A stretch of 64,000 nt of DNA, from assembly GCF_009914755.1 (NCBI RefSeq), contig NC_060935.1; one strand, written 5' to 3'. The notes under the pieces were generated by a model. That model saw only the letters and a list, made by a program, of their open reading frames with translations, did not search any database and had not been told where the DNA came from. The translations under genes were made by a program, and so were the position numbers. Of the stretch, positions 37,890 through 55,151 are shown one piece after another (the stretch's first letter is position 1; every line of letters begins with the position of its first letter). This DNA comes from the human T2T-CHM13v2.0 reference genome, Homo sapiens.

Positions 37890-40611
37890 TGTATTAGTTC
37901 ATTCTAACACTGCTATAAAAAAACTGCCTGAAACTGGGAAATTTATTTTTTTAAAAAAGTTTAATTTACTCAGTTTCACATGGTTAGAGCGGCCTCAGGA
38001 AACTTACAATCATGGTAGAAGGTGAAGGAGAAGCCAGCACCTTCTTCACAAGGTGGCGAGAGAGAGAGAGAGAGAGACAGTAAGTGCCACTTTTAAAGCA
38101 TCAGATCTCGTGAGAACTCACTATCATGAGAACTGAGAACACCAGTGAGGAAACTTCCCCCATGATCCAATCACATCTCACTAGCATCCTCCCTTGACAT
38201 ATGGGGATTACAATTTGAGATGAGCCAAACCATATCACTCTACTTCTGGTCCCTCCAAAATCTTATGTTCTTCTCACATTTCAAAACACAATCCTGCCTT
38301 TCCAATAATTCCCCAAAGTCTTAATTCATTCTAGCATTAACTCAAAAGTCCAAGTCCAAAGTCTCATCTGAGACCTGGCAAGGTTCTTCTGCCTATTAGT
38401 CTGTAAAATAAAAAACAAGTTAGTTAATTCCAACATACAATGGATGTATTAGTCCGTTTTTATGCTTCTGATAAAGACATACTTGAGACTGGGCAATTTG
38501 TAAAAGAAAGTGGTTCAACTGGACTTACAGTTCCATGTGCCTGGGGAGGCCTCACAATCATGTTGGAAGGCAAGGAGGAGCAAGTCACGTCTTACGTGGA
38601 TGGTGGCAGGCAAAGAGAGAGATTGTGCAGAAAAACTCTCGTTTTTAAGATCATCAGATCTTGTGAGACCTATTCACTATCATGAGAACAGAACGGGAAA
38701 TGCCCACCTCCATAATTCAATCATCTCCCACCAGGTCATTCCCACAACACATGGGAATTATGGGAGCTACAAGATAAGATTTGGGTGGGGACACAGAGCA
38801 AAACCATATCAATGGGGATACAGGAATTGGGTAAATGTTTCTATTCCAAATGGGAGAAATTGACCAAAACAAAGGAGCTACAGGCCCATGCAACTCTGAA
38901 ACTCAGCAGGGCACTCAATAAATTGTAAAGCTCCAAAATAATCTCCTTTGATTCCATGTCTCACATCCAGGAGACGCTGATGCAAGGTGTGGGCTCCCAA
39001 GGCTTGGGCAGCTTCACCGCTGTGGCTCTTCAGGGTACAGTCCCCATGGGGTGACCACTTTCATGGTCTGGCTTTGAGTGACTAAGGCTTTTCCAAGCAC
39101 ATGGTTCAAGCTGTTGGTAGATCTACCATTCTGGTATCTGAAGGATGATAGGCCTCTTTTTACAGCTCCACTAGGCAATGCCCCAGTGGAGACTCTGTGG
39201 GGGGCTCCAACCCCACATTTCCCTTCTTCATTACTCTAGTAGAGGTGCTCCATGAGAGCTCTGTTCCTGCAGCAGACTTCTTTCTTGACATCCAGGCATC
39301 TTCATACATCCTATGAAATCTAGGCAGAGGTTCCCAAACCTCAACTCTTGTCTTCCTGCAAGCCTGAAGGCCCAACACCATATGGAAGCTGCCAAGACTT
39401 GGGGCTTACACCCTCTGAAGTCATGGCCTGAGGTGTACCTTGGCCTCGATTAGCCATATCTGGAACTAGAGTGTCTAGGACACTGAACGCCATGCCCCGA
39501 GGCTGCACAGAGCAGTGGGAGTCCTGGTCCTGGTTCACAAAATCACTTTTTCCTCTAAGGTCTCTGGGCCTGTGATGGGAGGGGCTGCCATGAAGATCTC
39601 CGAAATGCCCTGGAGATATTTTCCTCATTGTCTTGGCTATTAACATTTAGCTCCCTGTCACTTATGCAATTTTCTGCAGCTGCCTTGAATTTCTCACCAT
39701 AAAATGGATTTTTTCCTTTCTACTGCATTGTCAGTCTGCAAATTTTCCACACTTTTATGCCCTAGTTCACTTTTACACATAAGTTCCAATTTCAGATCAT
39801 CACTTTGTGAATGCATATGACTATATGCTTTCAGAAAAAGCCAGGTTACATCTTGAATGCTTTGCTGCTTAGAAATTTCTTCTGCCAGATACCCTAAATC
39901 ATCTCTTTGAAGTTAAAAGTTCCACAGATCTCTAGGGCAAGGACACAATGCCACCAGTCCTTTGCTAAAGCATGGCAAGAGTGGCTTTTGTTTCAGTTCC
40001 TGATAAGTTCCTCGTCTCCATCTGAGACAACCTCAGCTTGGACTTCATTGTCCATACCACTATCAGCATTTTGGTAAAAACCATTCAACAAGTCTCTAGG
40101 AAGTTCCAAACTTTCTCATATCTTCCTGTCTTCTCCTGAGCCTTCCAAACTGTTCCAACCTCTGCCCATTACCCAGTTCCAAAGTAGCTTCCACATTTTC
40201 AGATTATCTTTATATTAGTACCCCACTATCCCGGCACTGATTTTCTGTATTAGTTCATTCTCACACTGCTATAAAGAACTACCTGAGACTCTGTAATTTA
40301 TTAAAAAAAAAAAGGTTTAATTGACTCACAGTTCCACATGGCTGGGGAGGCCTCTTGTAACTTACAATCATGGTGGAAAGTGAAGGAGAAGCAAGCACCT
40401 TCTTCACATAGTGGCAGGAGAAAGAGAGAGTAAAGGGGGAAGTACCACTTTTAAACCATCAGATCTCATGAGAACTCACTCACTGTCATAAGAAGAGCAA
40501 GGGGGAACCATCCCCATGATCCAGTCACATCCCACCAGGTCCCTCCCTCAACATGTGGGGATTACAATTCAAGATGAGATTTGGGTGGAGACACATAGCA
40601 AAACTATATCA
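37890..40611 (-). mobile_element. Complete MSTA-type MaLR provirus (LTR 37890-38237, internal 38238-40245, LTR 40246-40611)
   Basis: Two similar LTRs (tgtattagttcattct...atatca) flank a MaLR internal region. Perfect 5-bp TSD gatta (37885-89 / 40612-16). Confidence 0.93.
38445..38811 (-). mobile_element. THE1A/B solo LTR nested in the MST internal region
   Basis: Runs tgtattagtccgtttt...ggcaaggaggagcaagtcacgtcttacgtgg...accatatca. TSD atgga/atggg. Confidence 0.92.
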
Positions 40612-40949
40612 GATTACAATTTCCCATAAGAGTGGAAGTCATGCTTGACATCTTCATCAAAAAATATTGAGTTGGTTATCATTTTTTGATACTTCCATCT
40701 CAGATATCAATATGTTAGTAAAGATGGCCCAAGAAAACTATTAGAAAAAAAAGGTGGCCTTAAGTCAAATTCTGATAAAAGTGGCTTTTCTCATTTCTAC
40801 TTCTCCAATTAGTTAAAGAAGATGCCTGACAAAACAGTAATATAATTTAAGAATTAAAAAATTGAGATATGGGTTGTTTTCTCTCTAATATTTTGAAAGT
40901 TAAGTGGTAATCTTGACTCACTTATAGAAGTTAAGTCATTTGAACAAAC

Positions 40950-41372
40950 CTACAGTTTAGTCACTTATTGCTGTATGTCACACTAACTCCAAATCTTATG
41001 CCTTAGAATGATAATGATTTATCAATGTTCATGCTTCTGTATATTGGGAAAAGCTCAGCTGGGTCGTCCTGCTATTCTCATTTGGGGTCTCATGTAGTTA
41101 CAGCCAGATGTCAACTGGGGCTTCAATATCCTCATGGTTTTCCAATATAACTAAATAGACTTGAGCTTCTTTGAAGAGAGGGTGGATTTTATGGACTACC
41201 ACCCCCAGTATTCAAGGGCTTATGAAGACTCTGCTGGTGTCCCACTTGCTAACATTCCAGTGAACAAACCAAGTCACAAAGCCAAGCACAGAGTTAATGT
41301 AAGCAGGGATTACTCAAGGATCTAGATATCAGGACATATGTTCATGGGAGACGATGAAGAAAACATCACAAC
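40950..41372 (-). mobile_element. Old MLT1 (G/H-like) LTR
   Basis: ttagtcacttattgctgtatgtcacactaactccaaatctta...gctcagctggg...aagtcacaaagccaagcacagagt. Confidence 0.65.
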
Positions 41373-42114
41373 CCAGTTACACAAAGAGTCAGAGGCAGAG
41401 GTAAATTTGACCTTGGGTTTCCCTGACTCCAAATCTATAACTTCACAATAGCACAATGGCTTCTCAGTTATTATATGCTACTTTCTCATTATTACTTGAA
41501 AATCTAGGAATAATAGGGGAGAGTAAAAAGATGAAAACTATTTTTCCCTAGGCTATCACTGCTTTCTACATTTCCTACAATTCTGCTTTCTTGACCAGTG
41601 GCTTGCATACGACTCCAAGGTAATTTTTCTTAAAATTTTAGTGATTATGTTCTCCTTTCATATAGTTATTTTGTGTCTATTTTTATTCTCCAAGATTCTA
41701 CTAATAGAATAGACAAGAAGTCATATTTCCCTAGATCCACGTCCACTATCATGTACATCCTCTATATTACATAAACTTGTGCATGCACATGTTTGTAAAC
41801 TTACACACACAGACACAACGTTGATACCCAAATAATTATTTTGTTAGCAAATTTCTACATTTCATGAATATATGGTTATAATACTGTATTTCTCTTTTAC
41901 AAAGGGACTAGATATGTTAAACTTAATGCTTAGAATACTACTGCACAAGGTTATTTCCATAACTAGTTTTAATTAAAGCATCCTCACTGAAATGATTTAA
42001 ATGTACTCTGTTATAAATTACTGTAAGGATGGTAAAAGTTCACACAAGCAAGACAGTTCAGAGCCACTCATAAAGGCACCATTTGTATATAAAATAATGA
42101 AGAAAGAAAATGGT

Positions 42115-45632
<3,518 letters not shown>

Positions 45633-45658
45633 AAAGAAAATGGTAAAGAGTTAATTTC

Positions 45659-45984
<326 letters not shown>

Positions 45985-48900
45985 TTAGCATACTCGAAGT
46001 TTGGAAAATGGGAAAATGAGAGAATTCTGGCAAGATTTTATAGTCATTATATTTTTTTTCCAGTGTGAAAGACGTTAATGGAAACAAAGAGGTATGGACC
46101 AAATTTTAAAGTTGAAATGATACTCAACTTCATGAATGTGTCACATTAAGAATAATTTCAACTTGGCTTTAATTTCTATGCACTTAGCTTTAATGCCCAT
46201 TGAAATTACAGAAGCATAGTTTTCTCTATCCATTTTCATTTCTTTTAGATTGATATTCCCATTGTGCCACTGATTATAATAATTACATAGATATATGTTT
46301 TAATCTATGACCCTTTCATATCAAAGATCATGCAATATGCTTCTTAAAATAATAATTACATAACAAAGAAGTCTGCTACAACACCTTTAGATTGCATGAT
46401 AGTTGATAGTTACTAATGAAGTAATTAACATTAGAGCACCTCCTTTGTTATATAACATTGAGTTAGTGAAACAGTTTACCTAGTCTCCAGTGCTGCAGGT
46501 ATACAAGTTACATTTGTGAGCAGAGTATCTGCTAGGCAAGCTTTCATTATTTTTTCTAATATTCCCAGCTCTGCCCCTGGGAGTGTGTTTCTGGCATATG
46601 TTAGAAACTCAAAAAACTTAGCTGATCTATTTTTTTAAAAAAATTTTACAATGTTTTTTAAACATTCCTGGGGAAAAATCATTTCAATGGTAGGAAACAG
46701 AAGATCTGCACATTTCAGAGATGGTCCAGTTATGTTCTATGTATGAGACAAAAGGTTCCGATATTTAATCAGGAAATGACTTTATGGCCTTTCTTGACTA
46801 TGGGCAACATAATTTTAGAAAAGCTAGAAAGAAATGAAGCCTGATAACATCACTGCTTTTGTTTATCCACAAAGCTATTTTATGAATGTCAGTTAAATAA
46901 CTCATTTTATATAAGATGATATCCCACATAAAGAGCACTGCCTAAGTGAGAATTGTGCTTGTCAGCTTTGCAACCTGCCTTCTACTGGTAACACCTGGTG
47001 AAACAGACATATTATCAGCTTAATATCTCAAGAAAAAACAATTTTATTAACTGATAAACCGATTATAGGCAGATGTCTATGATTACCTATTAAAGAGACC
47101 ATTGAATTTCTTTAGTTAAGAGACTAAAAACATCATCAATCGCTCTGGAAGTATTCAAGTATGTTAGTGATGGACAAGAAGGGTCATAAATAAAGGCCAA
47201 ATGAACCTACCTATCAGAGTTTAGTCATGTCAACAAGAAAGTCATTAAAATAGCCCCTGTTTGAAACTTCAGAAAATTAAGAGTTTTCCTGGACCTGTTT
47301 GTCAATTTATAAAAATATTCAAATATTTCTGCTCTGTATTTTGGCCTCCAGATTCTAAAATGGCATTGTGACCCAAAACATTTTTTTTCCTGCAATTTAG
47401 ATTTTCCCACTACTAAGATAGTTACTTTAATTCTGGTTATTTTAAAATATTTCCTGAATAATCAATTTAAAAAATCCTAATATCATAAATCCTGCACACA
47501 AAGCTAAATTTTAACGTAGTTTAAAATACATATTTTACTTTTTCACAGACTTCTTAATGTTTTTGATTTCTTATTTGGGTAAAGATTTAGGATTTTTTTA
47601 AAAAATTTACCATCCAGTTTTATTCTATTCTGCTACTGTCAATAAAGGCATTTTAGCTTAATCTTTTTCATATCTCACTCATAGTGTGTTAACATGGCAC
47701 TGGAATATTTTGATTATTGAATTAAACATTTGTGATAAGAAAATTGTAGTAATTCTACAAACATGTATGCATGTTTATCACAGAAACTTCTCCCTTTGCC
47801 TTGTCCTCTGACCATATCCGCATTACCATCTCCTCACTTATTCTGGGCAGAATAACCCTCGGATATTTTTTTCATCAGCATCTGACTAAAACTCACCAGT
47901 TTTCCTTACACTACAAAGTGTGCTTCTTTGGCATGCTATTAGTCTCCTTTTTTAGATTTCATCACACCTATTTGAAGTCGGTAGTTGCCCTCATGAGGAG
48001 AAAAAGGACCATATTTGTCAATTGCCTCTAAGAAACAGGGGCTCAAAAAAAGCCTAAAAAGGCTTTACTGTCTCTGACCAACACTGGGGAGGATGAGATA
48101 AAATAATAACTTTTCTCTTCATGACACACCTCTTTTATGCTTTTCTTACATCGCACCCCTCTTCAGACAACCTGAAATTCAAATTAATAAGACAGATGTG
48201 ACATCATCCTGGCATTTCTCTCTTCATCTAAAAGTTCACCACTCCAGTAGGAAAATGGCTAATTAATTTGGCCACTTGACAGATTAAGATTAATTACACA
48301 AAATGTAAAGCTGTTTGTTACCAAGCAAACAAACCCTCTCAAGCAATAGCTTATTTTACACCAACCTAGAAAAAAAAACCTATTTTGACTTTTAAAAATA
48401 GATACTGAACAAAGGTAGAATAATTTACTGTACAAAATCATTGGGGAAAGTGTCTTCAAATGCTATTCTAATACCATGATTTTTATAATAAAAGCCTTTC
48501 TCCATGTTGTTGTTTTAAAACTCTATAGCTATTATTTATTTTTCACAACCATCACTTTTTATCTCAATAGTACTATGATTATAGTGCTTTAATGAAGACT
48601 TTTTATACTTCAGCATAGCATAATTGCTATTTCTCAAGTCATATTCTTCTTAAAAAGATAGTGATTTCTTTTAAAATAAAGGCTTTCTCTGATCAAATTA
48701 ATTATTACATATCAGGGGAATATTATCCTTTCTTTTTTCAGGTCAATGTAGAGTTGTTGAATTCAGATGCAAAAAATAACTAACTTTCTGACCATCCATC
48801 CACCTGAGTATTCTGAAGAAGGCACTATTGTAAATTTTAGAAAGGACATCAGCTTTCCAAATTTCCTCTCATTTCTGCTTCACTCTGGAAGAAGAGCCTC

Positions 48901-49039
48901 CAGACATAGGTAGCCTGTTGACTTAAGATCTTAGTGATTTGATTTGCTTTTGGAGCTCACCAAAGACCTGCAGGTTATTTCTTTGCCTAGTAGGAGGAAC
49001 ATCAGGTTTCTATCATTTTATTTTGTCACTTGCAAAAGA

Positions 49040-49364
49040 TAGAAAATACATCTATGTCAAAATAACTGACTAGTGCTCTTCAAAAATGTTAAAGTCATAA
49101 AAGGTGTGGAAAGCCTGAGGGACTGTCACAGATTGGAGGAGATTAAATGCAAGATGGGATCTTGGAACAGAAAAAATATTTTAATCAAAACACCAATGAA
49201 AAATCAGAGTAAATTATGTAGTTCATAGCACTATACAGATAATAATTTCTTGGTCTTGATAGTTGTATGATGGCTGTATTAGATCTTAACATCATAAGAA
49301 TTTGGATGAGGATATATAAGAACTCTATGATGTTGTCACTTTTGCATAAGTCTAAAATTCATTT
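49040..49364 (+). mobile_element. L1MC-type 3' UTR fragment
   Basis: ctcttcaaaaatgttaaagtcat...ctgagggactgtcacagattggagga...gcataagtctaaaatt. Confidence 0.7.
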
Positions 49365-49630
49365 AGGACAAAAAACCAAACACCGCATGTTCTCACTCAT
49401 ACGTGGGAATTGAACAATGAGAACACATGGACACAGGAAGGGGAACATCACACACCGGGGCCTTTATGGGGTGGGTGAAGGGGGGAGGGATAGCATTAGG
49501 AGATATACCTAATGTAAATGATGAGTTAATGGGTGCAGCACACCAACACGGCACATGTATACATATGTAACAAACCTGCACGTTGTGCACATGTACCCTA
49601 AAACTTAAAGTATAATAAAAATTAAAAAAA
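49365..49630 (+). mobile_element. Short 5'-truncated L1PA4/5 3' end
   Basis: caccgcatgttctcactcat...gatatacctaatgtaaatg...cctaaaacttaaagtataat. Degenerate TSD aaattcattt/aagttaattt. Confidence 0.9.
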
Positions 49631-50240
49631 GTTAATTTAAAAAAAATGGCAAAATATATTTTTTCAGAATGAGCATTTCTCAGTATTATTATAACATCTT
49701 TTTCTAAAGTCAGTTTAAATTACTTTTTAATGGATAAAAATTATAGTTTTATTTTACTCTGTACAAATGCTTGATTTACAAGAATGTGCTCTCGAGAGGA
49801 GATCTATTTCAGCAATGCAACATAAAATAGATTTGTGAATTTGTTTTTTTAAACTTCAGATATTACTAAAAATCTAGTTTCACACTGATATTTCAAAAAA
49901 CATGGAATTGTCATTTTTACAGTTATTTTATTTGATATGAAATATTCTAGAAGGTGAGAAAAAGAACAGTAGCAATGGCTTTCAGGACTTTGCCTCTCTA
50001 ACCTTCTCTCAGTGGGATAGAGGAAAATGGGTAGAAACTGGCCAGTTGGCTGACCAGAACTTTGTCAACGAAAAAAGCTAGAGGGCATTTCCTGCTGGTG
50101 GCAACTGTCACTGGGGATGGGCTGCTAAGGATTCTTATTCCTCAAAATGTCACAGTAAGGAAATTACCTAATTAATCCCCCAGACTCAAGAATCTGCCCT
50201 TGAGACCCACTAAGATGCTATAAAAGTAAGAGTCTCTATA

Positions 50241-50460
50241 CAGAGACTGGCAATTTGTTCTCTAAAGAGACAACCAGTAAATATTTTAGGCTTACAGGCC
50301 ATGGGGTCTCTGTTGCAACTACTTATCTTTGCCATTGCAGACTGAAGTAGCAATAAACCTAAGGAAACACATGGTTGTGGCTGTATCCCAATAAGACTTT
50401 ACTTACAAAATAATGTGGTGGGCTAGATTTGACCCTTTGGCTATAGTTAACTGTACCCGG
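50241..50460. mobile_element. MER58A-type hAT MITE
   Basis: gtaaatattttaggctt...gtctctgttgcaactact...tgtggctgtatcccaataagacttta...gatttgaccc. Flanked by ctctat on both sides. Confidence 0.8.
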
Positions 50461-50694
50461 CTCTATTTCATATTCTCTTTCATACAAAAATACATCTCAC
50501 CACATGGAAATTCTGAGTAAGCTGTAAAACCAAAACACTTCTTGCAGATTTTTAAAAATCACTGTAGCCAGAAAAGTTGTCTAGAAAATCTTCTGAGACA
50601 AAATTAGACGAAAAGTCATGGAAACATTATCTGAGCACTTCTTTACATACCCTCTATTGTAACGTGCCTCTGTTATGCCATAAGTGAAATTAAA

Positions 50695-50900
50695 GGATAG
50701 TTTTGTGTAACAGTAAAAGCACTGACTTTTTAAACAAGCCAACTTGTACTCCAGTTCTGATTATCACTTACTAGTTGGGCAAGTTCTTAAAATCTTTGAC
50801 CTTTCATTTATCTTATCTATAAAACAAAAATAAAATATATTTCTTAAGGGGTAAGAATCATGTCAATACATAAACGGCTTGTATATGAACTAAGGACCTG
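50695..50900 (+). mobile_element. MIR
   Basis: atcacttactagttgggcaagttcttaaaatctttgacctttcatttatcttatctataaaa. Confidence 0.65.
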
Positions 50901-50969
50901 CATTTTTTGGAATCAACTTGAGGTAACTTTTAAGAAAAATTATTCCAGCATTTCTAAAGTCATAAAATA

Positions 50970-51298
50970 CTGTCAGCCTTCTATATCTGTGGATTCTGCC
51001 TCTGTAGATTCGACCAAACACAGATCAAATATATTTGGAAAAAATAAAAATAAAAAATAACAATACAGTAATAGAAAATAATACAAGTATAAAAAGCAAC
51101 ACAGCCTAACAACAACTTATATATAGTTTAAATTGTGTTAGGCATTATAAGTAATCTAGAGATGATTTAAAGTGTACAGGAGGACATGTGTAGGTTATAT
51201 GCAAATACGTTCTGTATAAGGAACTTAAGAGTCTGCAGAATTTGGTATCCACTGGGGGTCCCGGAATGATTTCCCTGACACATACTGAGGAAAGGCTG
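50970..51298. mobile_element. MER2 (Tigger-family) DNA transposon
   Basis: Contains ggcattataagtaatctagagatgatttaaagt and gtaggttatatgcaaatac, with TIR-like ends and TA flanks. Confidence 0.85.
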
Positions 51299-51544
51299 TA
51301 ATGCAATCTCTATTTTAATCTCTTAGAGAAAACTGAAGGCAATCCACTTAATAATATTCAGGAACTCTTCCTACCAGCCCCTTTTTTCTCTTCCACAATT
51401 CGCTTACATATAGCAAATGGCTTGGAGCTTCCCTCATAATAAATCTCCAAAACTCTCCCAGGTTATTTTTCTCTTCCCTCCTTTTCTCCCAACTCTTTCT
51501 TATGGACGTTGATTTTACTTCTCTGACTTTTATTTTTTTTCCCT

Positions 51545-51745
51545 GATCTATACATTTCTTTCTACCATATTATTAAATTTGCTTATTTTCTATGTTAATT
51601 GATTAATGTTGATATCTCTGTTGAAGAAAAACTTCATGAGGAAATGGTTTCTCTTTTGTTCACTTGATACATCTTACAAGCTCAGAATGGTGTCTAGCCA
51701 TGGAATAGGTACTTAACAAATATTTGTTGAATAAATAAATGAAGA
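51545..51745 (+). mobile_element. L2 3' end
   Basis: cttttgttcacttgatacat...agaatggtgtctagcca...aaatatttgttgaataaataaatgaa. Confidence 0.75.
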
Positions 51746-52069
51746 ATACATTCTTCTAATTTTATATTGTAGCAGCCTTTGGAGTCAATTTGGGAAAGAA
51801 ATTCTTCTTCTGTTGGAAGGGGAATAGGAAAGAACAGAAATTTAAATTGGAAAATTCAAATTTATTTTGGGGTCACTGAGACAACTTTTATGCTACAATA
51901 TGTTAACTTCAGTGTTAACATACACTATTTGACATATAGAAGCCTCAAACATAGGAGTTTTTCTAACAGTGTATATTTTTATTACATAGATTTATGTCAT
52001 TTTTTAGTCTTTTTATAAAAATTTTACTTATCTAGCACATCACTACTGCATAGCTATGTAAAACTTTAG

Positions 52070-53665
52070 TCTGACTTTTTTTTTTCTTCTGGCCATGGTG
52101 GAATTATAAGGATCTGGTTTACCCTCCTACCAGAAACAAGTGAAAAACAAGACTAAATGTATGAAACAATAGATTTTAAGTCATTGAATACCAGGTAAGT
52201 AGGGACAGTGATCCTTGAGAGACAGGAGAAGCCCTGACAAGTTAAGCCCTAAGATTGCCCTAACTTGCCACCTAGAGAAGGTTTGCAAGAAATGGCAGAG
52301 AACAGAAGAGCCCAGTTGGAGCCAGTAGTCAATTTCCCTGAGTTCAGGAGATTGAACTAGGAGTCCAGGGAGACCAAGTATGTTGGGCAGAGTAACAGAA
52401 AGGATAAGGTGTACAGAGAGAGAACTCTGGAGACTTGAAGAAGTTATCCCTAGAGTCTTTAGCTGAGGATTTATCAATGTATTCATGTGAGAAAACTACC
52501 CAAGAAAGAACTATTTGAAAGGATTAGGGGAAACAATTGCCAGGTCTCACATATGAGGAATGGTGCCTATTCCAGTCAGCCATACTGGAAAAAGTTACAT
52601 AATTATAAGGCATTGCATATAGTGTTTAAAAAAGTTCTGTCTCAGTAGTGGGGCAAATTTAGTCCTAGACTAAAATGTTTCTGCAATTCTCCCTAAAAAA
52701 ATCTTAAAAGGCAAGAACAAAAAAGATCAAGTTTTCATGTAACTAAATTGTATCCCAGATAAAAAGTTTAATGTTTATTGAGATGAAAAAAGGCCTAGTG
52801 CCCAACAATTTAACATTTGTAATATTTATTATAAATTAAAATTACTATTTATGCAAGGAAGCATGAAAATAGGACCTATAATTAGGAGAAAAATCAACCA
52901 CTTGAAATCTACCCACAAATGAAACAGATAAAAGGATCAGAAGAAAGAAAAACATTAAAATAGTTATTATAACTGTACTCCATTTGTTCAAGAAGCTAAA
53001 TGACAGATTGAGTACATTAAGGCAAGACATGGAAAATATTAAGAAAAAATCCAAATCAAACTTCAAGAAGTGAAACTAAATGTTTAAATGAAAAATTTAC
53101 TGGGTGGGATTAATGGCAGATTATATATTACAAAATAAAACATTAGTAAACAAAAAGGTATAGCAATAAAAATTGTCTAAAAGGAAACAAAGAGATGAAA
53201 AAGAGAGTAAGAAAAAATGATCAGTTATCTGTAGAACAAGTTTAAACATCCTATCAATGAACTAATCGAGTCCCTGAAAGAGAAAAGGAGAAAAGGGGAA
53301 AAGGGGATGGGAAAATATATAAAGAAATAATACATAAATTTCCAGATTTGATGAAAATTATAAAGTGACAGATTCAAGAAGCTCAATCAACACAAACAAT
53401 AAATATGAATAAAACTATACAAAGGCATACTATAGCCAAATTATATAAAACCAGATAAGATCTTAAAAGCAAACTTAAAAGGAGGACTTTTTTGTAAATA
53501 TGGAAGCTTAAAAATTTAATCACCAGCAAACTTGCACTACAAAAAAAAAAAAAAAAAAAAAAGGAGACTTCCAAGCAGAAGGAAAGTGATACCAGATAGA
53601 AATCTGGATAAATATTGGGTAAATATAAAAACCATTTATCTTATGATTTAAATATTTTCAAACTA
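52070..53665 (+). mobile_element. Old L1M 5' region / ORF1 fragments
   Basis: L1M 5'-end-like start (ttctggccatggtggaattata...accctcctacc) and ORF1-like A-rich tracts (cagattcaagaagctcaa, caccagcaaacttgcactac). Confidence 0.7.
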
Positions 53666-54574
53666 AACTTCATAATCCCTTGTTAATTTGGATTCTTCTT
53701 TTTAACACATCTTTGTGTTTTTTTCCGACTTTAGAATTCTGAGCTACTCAGAAAACAATTTAATGTGAGATTGCTCCATTCCATGTGACTAAAAATCATC
53801 TGAAAAAAATATTTTGTGGATAAAACATTAATGAAATTTGTTAGTTTGAGATACAAATGAGGCATCACTTACCATACCTTACTTAGGTCACTCTGGCTAT
53901 TACCCAGTCTGATTGTCTTCCTTCCAATAAATACAATTTTAATTAGCCCATGTTCATCTTATTAGATTACTTTAGGTTCATGAATTTCTTCAGAGAACAG
54001 CTTTGTCTCTACTTGTTTTATTATTATTGGGGCTGATTATACATCCTAACATAAGGAAACTGTGAAGCTAATTAACATTCTACTCCCCTTATTAATCAAA
54101 CTATAATTGAGGTGGCCATACTGAACCAGACAACAACACTAACCTTTAAATTTCATCCTCTGATCCACATTCCCACATGAAGTCTTTCCATTTTTCATTA
54201 GTTTTTTTCTGTTTACATCTTGAAGACACTTTTATATTTCTGTGACAGGCTCCATAAAAAGCCAGTTTGCATTTTAATTTTAGCATTGTATTTTGATACA
54301 TCGGGGAAAAAACAAATAACAAATACTATATGGAAAGAAGTCACAAAAGCATAGATGAGAGCTGATCTCTAATAAGACAACAAGATATCAAGGTCATGGA
54401 AATGTTTAGACTTCCAGGCTCTGATTGACATATAGTATCGTCTCACATTGCCTAAGGCATTAAAACTTCGGGACTGCACAATCTGAAGTGATCAGCAAAA
54501 ATCATTGAACAGAGCATTAGCCACAATTCATAGAAAACATTCTTCCAAAGGTATTTTACACAAAATACTTCTTT

Positions 54575-54775
54575 ATTATTTGCTATTTATCAGTCATTGA
54601 ACAAAACATTTTGTACACCAACAATGTATTGGTCTTTGTGCTAAGCACTATGGAGTCAAGCATGAATGAGATACAAATTTTCCCTGAAGGAGCTCCCAGT
54701 TTTCAAGGGAAATTTAAACAAATTGTCTTATAAGGAGGACAATGAAAACACATTTAATAAGTGCTATAAATCATT
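54575..54775 (-). mobile_element. L2 3' fragment
   Basis: tcattgaacaaaacatttt...ctttgtgctaagcactatggag...ccctgaaggagctcccagttt. Confidence 0.65.
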
Positions 54776-54809
54776 TATGCACTCCATGGTTTCACAAATA
54801 CCTATTATT

Positions 54810-55151
54810 TGCTATGAGTTGAATTATAACCCATCATATTTAATACCCTGAAGTTCTAAGTACCTCAGAATATGACCTTATTTGAAGATATGGTCTTTAC
54901 AGTGGTCATCATGTTAAGGTGAGTGTATTAAGGTTGCCCCTAATCCAATATGGTTGATGTCCTTATACATCATTTGTGAGCAAAGCAGCAATCCTGGAAC
55001 AGATTCTTCTCTCACAGTCCTCAGAAGGAGCCAACCCTCCAAAGACCTTGATCTGAAACATCTATCCTCCGGAATAGTGAGATTATAAATTTTGTTTTTC
55101 AAGTCACCAAGTTTAGCTACTTTGTTATAGCAGCACTAATAAACTAATACA
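54810..55151 (+). mobile_element. MLT1B-like MaLR LTR (internally deleted)
   Basis: Runs tgctatgagttgaatt...cctcagaatatgaccttatttgaaga...ctttgttatagcagcactaataaactaataca. Confidence 0.85.

Noticed and set aside
39160-39646. ORFs in the MST internal region as retroviral genes
   Set aside because: They are short broken remnants of the MaLR internal ORF. No pol or env motifs.
48742-48909. Plus-strand coding exon after the strong acceptor cctttcttttttcag
   Set aside because: The phase-0 frame stops within 14 codons, no frame gives a recognisable peptide and the donor is weak. Retained only as a possible cryptic acceptor.
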